From positions 1,696,001 to 1,760,000 of the forward strand of contig CAWDTA010000002.1 in the NCBI GenBank assembly GCA_963805085.1: DNA of 64,000 bases, in the 5' to 3' direction. The position numbers and the translations under genes were made by a program. This stretch comes from an uncultured Veillonellaceae bacterium. GTDB taxonomy: Bacteria; Bacillota; Negativicutes; JARBTT01. The notes under the pieces are model-generated. The model was not told the DNA's origin. It ran no database searches and was given only the letters and a program-made list of their open reading frames with translations. Of this stretch, positions 60,926-64,000 are shown one piece after another (the stretch's first letter is position 1; each line of letters opens with the position of its first letter).

Positions 60926-62020
60926 ATGAAATCTATGTTTGACCAAACAACTTTCTCTGGAATCAATCTAAAGAACAGAGTGATTCGTTCAGCCACTTAT
61001 GATAAGTTAGCCGATGAACATGGTCACATGACGAAAGAATTATTTGGGGTGTATGAGAAATTAGCACAAGGTGGCGTGGGTACAATTATCACTGGCGGTG
61101 CAGCGGTTACTGCACATTTGCTTCCACATCAGATGGGTATCTACGAGGATACATTTATTGACGAATATAAAAATTTGACGAAGATAGTTCATAACTGTCA
61201 TGCTAACATTATTCTTCAAATTGTCGATCTCGGCTCGCAAACTCGTGTTAATACGAATCAATTGGTAATTGGCGGACCAAGCTCAATAGAGGACTTGGCC
61301 TACAAAACTACACCGAAGGAAATGACGAAGAAAGAAATCTTACTGGTGCAAGATGCTTTCGCTGCCGCAGCGCTTAGAGCTAAAAAGGCGGGCTTTGATG
61401 GTGTGCAATTACTTGCAGCCCATGGTTATTTATTAAGCAAGTTCTTAACTCCATACTATAATCGGAGAACAGACGAATACGGTGGGACCATCGAAAATAG
61501 AGCGAGAATAATTTTAGAAACTTATAAAGCAATGCGGGAAAAAGTTGGCCCTGAATATCCAATTCTAATTAAAATCAATTGTGAAGACTTTATGGATCAG
61601 GGCATGACTTTGGAAGAATGTAAATATGTATGCAAAATGCTGGCTAGATTAGGGATAAATGCGATTGAAATTACTGGTGGCAGTCCATCGTCGCGCATTA
61701 ATGAGGGAGCTGCAAGAATAATAAAAACAGAACAAGAATCGTACTTTAAGTCGTATGCTGCAGAAATAGCGCAAGAAATCAATGTTCCGGTTATATTAGT
61801 GGGTGGTAATCGCGATTTTGACTTACTGACAAAAATTTTAGATCAGACTTCCATTGAGTACATTGCACTCTGTCGGCCTCTAATATGTGAAAGTAGTCTG
61901 GTTAACCGTTGGCAAAGCGGAAATGTGAAACGATCCAAATGTGTTTCGTGTAATAAATGCTTCGTTGGTGAAAGAACAAACTGTATTTTTAACCGTTGCA
62001 ATAATTCCGGGACGAAATAG
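60926..62020 (+). CDS. NADH:flavin oxidoreductase (Old Yellow Enzyme family)
   Basis: LKNRVIRSAT, AGFDGVQL.AAHGYLL..FL.P..N.RTDEYGG; C-terminal CVSCNKC. Confidence 0.93.
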   Translation: MKSMFDQTTFSGINLKNRVIRSATYDKLADEHGHMTKELFGVYEKLAQGGVGTIITGGAAVTAHLLPHQMGIYEDTFIDEYKNLTKIVHNCHANIILQIVDLGSQTRVNTNQLVIGGPSSIEDLAYKTTPKEMTKKEILLVQDAFAAAALRAKKAGFDGVQLLAAHGYLLSKFLTPYYNRRTDEYGGTIENRARIILETYKAMREKVGPEYPILIKINCEDFMDQGMTLEECKYVCKMLARLGINAIEITGGSPSSRINEGAARIIKTEQESYFKSYAAEIAQEINVPVILVGGNRDFDLLTKILDQTSIEYIALCRPLICESSLVNRWQSGNVKRSKCVSCNKCFVGERTNCIFNRCNNSGTK

Positions 62021-62131
62021 GTGTAGAGAATATCGGATGAGCAAGGACTAGAAACACTTTGTTACTCGACATTTTTAGAAATGTAGCATATAATATTTGT
62101 AAGAAATCTTACTTCTTACAGGAGGCGTGCT

Positions 62132-62470
62132 ATGAGCGAATATGATGTAACCATAAGTAGTAAAGGGCAATTTGTTTTACCTAAAGAAGTTCGGGATAAA
62201 TTTAAACTATCAACAGGCAGTAAAATTAAAATTATAGTAGAAGGTGAGCGGATTATCCTCAAACCTCGAACTGTAGCCGATGAATTACAAGACCTTATCC
62301 TTGCCGATATTGCTAAAGACGGTAAGCCTATTAATCAAGGAACTGTAAAAGAGTATCAAGTAAAGCTTAATAAAGCACTGGATAGCATTGTTGCTGAAGC
62401 GGAACAAGAGTATAGTAAAAAAGAATATGTGTCCCTTGACGATTTGAAACGGGATAATGAGAATGTATGA
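62132..62470 (+). CDS. AbrB/MazE/SpoVT-family DNA-binding protein (probable antitoxin)
   Basis: TISSKGQFVLPKEVR..F.L..G; acidic C-tail; upstream palindrome GTAAG-AAAT-CTTAC. Confidence 0.85.
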   Translation: MSEYDVTISSKGQFVLPKEVRDKFKLSTGSKIKIIVEGERIILKPRTVADELQDLILADIAKDGKPINQGTVKEYQVKLNKALDSIVAEAEQEYSKKEYVSLDDLKRDNENV

Positions 62471-62506
62471 ATTAGTTGTCCTGAATTCAGCATTGAGACA
62501 GTTAAT
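62463..62506 (+). pseudogene. 5' remnant of a RelE/ParE-like toxin gene
   Basis: ATG overlapping the antitoxin end; MYELVVLNSALRQL resembles a RelE N-terminus, then runs into the convergent terminator. Confidence 0.45.
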
Positions 62507-62551
62507 GAGGCAAATTTACGCATACAAAGAAAAAACCTACATCCAAAATTT

Positions 62552-62875
62552 TTACTTGGATGTAGGTTTTTTCTGATATTTTAATTTCATCAATTCTTTA
62601 AATTCTTCGATACGATCAAGGGCTTCTTGGGGTAGATCATAAGAAAGCTCATTTTTGGGGTGCATATCCATATTAGGTATATTTGTACGACCTAAAAGAT
62701 AGTCGATACTTACATCAAAAAAATCTGCTATTTTAATAAGTGTTGCTGAATCCGGTTGACGTTTACTTTGTTCATAAAATCCGTAAGCACTAGTTGTTAT
62801 TCCTAAAAGCTCAGCCATATCTTTTTGTAATAGCTTTTTGGAGTTTCTTAGTTGTTTTATTCTTTCAGAAAACAT
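62552..62875 (-). CDS. XRE-family (ImmR/CI-like) repressor
   Basis: MFSERIKQLR..Q.DMA..LG...YEQ..RQPD..L.KIADFFDVSIDYLLGRT; GGAGG RBS before ATG 62875. Confidence 0.92.
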   Translation of the reverse strand: MFSERIKQLRNSKKLLQKDMAELLGITTSAYGFYEQSKRQPDSATLIKIADFFDVSIDYLLGRTNIPNMDMHPKNELSYDLPQEALDRIEEFKELMKLKYQKKPTSK

Positions 62876-62903
62876 GAAATAAAAACCTCCTTTTATAAAA
62901 TTA

Positions 62904-63013
62904 TACAACAAATTGTTGATAAATATATAAATACAACAAAAAGATGTATTTATATTGACAAACAACGAATGGTTGTATAATATAATAAGTAAATAATACA
63001 ACTATTTGTTGTT
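62904..63013. promoter_or_regulatory. Divergent promoter region with four CAAC-N5-GTTG-like operators
   Basis: TACAACAAATTGTTGA, TACAACAAAAAGATGTA, AACAACGAATGGTTGTA, TACAACTATTTGTTGTT; TTGACA at 62955. Confidence 0.75.
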
Positions 63014-63125
63014 TGTATTAAAATAAAGAAAAATGCTAATTTAATTTATGCAGTTTTGTTCTTATGGAAATTACCTATTATTTTGTCTGTCTTTTATTAC
63101 TGAAATTTTTATGGAGGGGTAGAAT

Positions 63126-63419
63126 ATGAACGTTTTTGAATGTGTAACGGATGAATTAAGAAGTATACATAATGAAAATGATTTAAAGAGCTTAGAAAAA
63201 GTAGCGGAAAACTACTATTGGGCGAATTTGGAAAACAATACTATAGAGAAAAAACTAGAAGAATGTTTATCGAAAGAAGAAATAAAAATGGTATATAAAC
63301 TATGCGATAATTTTTTGACCAAAGAAGTTGTTGCAGGAGAGCTTTATTATAATCAAGGGTTTTCTGATGCAATGCAACTTATCATACATTCGTTAGTATG
63401 GAGTCCTGTTAGAAGATAA
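63126..63419 (+). CDS. Hypothetical protein
   Basis: GGAGG RBS, 97-aa helical ORF with YxxGFxDA tail. Confidence 0.7.
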   Translation: MNVFECVTDELRSIHNENDLKSLEKVAENYYWANLENNTIEKKLEECLSKEEIKMVYKLCDNFLTKEVVAGELYYNQGFSDAMQLIIHSLVWSPVRR

Positions 63420-63634
63420 GTAGAATAACTTTAAAAATTAGTGTGCTATCGAAAGGTAGATAAATTGCAACAAAAATCAGCAAGTCGGCAAAAGACGAAT
63501 CACAAGCTAGTATCAATTCAAAAACCGCAATGAAGGCTTTTTATGCAACTAATCAGCTTATGTTTATAGGATAAGCTAATTCGGAGAAATAATAGCTCCT
63601 TATAATATTTATAATGTCCAATTTTATTTTCATG

Positions 63635-64000
63635 TCAATTCTCTGCATTCATTCGTTTGATAATATTGGCAAGTTTGGTTAAGCCTGCTTTTAAATCGGC
63701 AATATCGGCGTAGGAGTAGGAGATTCTTAGATGGTTATTGGATAAGTTATCATAGATACTGCCAGGATTGATGAGGAGTTTTTCGGCTAGGGCGTTTTTG
63801 AAGAGTTGATGCATTGAGATTGGTTTGGTGAGGTGGAGCCAGATGTAAAAGCCGCCCTTTGGTAGTGTCCAAGTTGCGATATCGTTAAAGTTTGTATCTA
63901 AGATTTCACTGGCAGCAGAGCGGCGTAGTAGTAATTCTTGTCGGAGGTTTTTTAAATGCAGTTCATGTTGTCCACTAGCAAACCATTCTGCGGCTGCCCA
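63635..64000 (-). CDS. PLP-dependent aminotransferase / MocR-type regulator, C-terminal part (runs off window)
   Basis: Minus frame: ...ATWTLPKGGFYIWLHL...LLINPGSIY...LRISYSY...; stop at 63635-37. Confidence 0.85.
   Translation of the reverse strand, partial: WAAAEWFASGQHELHLKNLRQELLLRRSAASEILDTNFNDIATWTLPKGGFYIWLHLTKPISMHQLFKNALAEKLLINPGSIYDNLSNNHLRISYSYADIADLKAGLTKLANIIKRMNAEN

Noticed and set aside
62876-63001. N-terminal extension of the XRE ORF
   Set aside because: Covers the operator region; the real start is ATG 62875 with a GGAGG RBS
62904-63013. CRISPR-like repeat array
   Set aside because: Repeats are short palindromes with short spacing at a divergent promoter, and there are no cas genes; they fit operators

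Overview
Chromosomal window of an anaerobic, spore-forming, low-GC Firmicute; the gene content suggests a Pelosinus/Sporomusa-like Negativicute (inference). Housekeeping content: the 3' part of a complex I-like operon (nuoD'-H-I-J-K-L-M-N, no nuoEFG between D and H), TctCAB, a T-box-controlled Na+/solute symporter, several regulator/efflux genes, a complete citrate lyase operon (citDEFXCG), two germinant-receptor operons and nadABC. Two accessory regions stand out. (1) About 38.9-45.7 kb: an AT-rich insert lies between two near-identical citG copies. It encodes a divergent CitD-like carrier, a CitE-like enzyme, RidA, a SerRS-like amino acid:[carrier protein] ligase, a second CitX and an MFS exporter. 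This looks like a biosynthetic pathway built on the citrate-lyase carrier chemistry and is the best candidate for an undescribed system. (2) About 23.0-30.8 kb: two tandem copies of a cassette (FeeM/LuxI-like acyltransferase-cNMP, multi-TM histidine kinase, AraC response regulator) have conserved signalling cores but divergent synthase and sensor parts. An excisionase pseudogene and a tRNA-Ser fragment separate the copies. All calls come from reading motifs by eye; no database searches were run.
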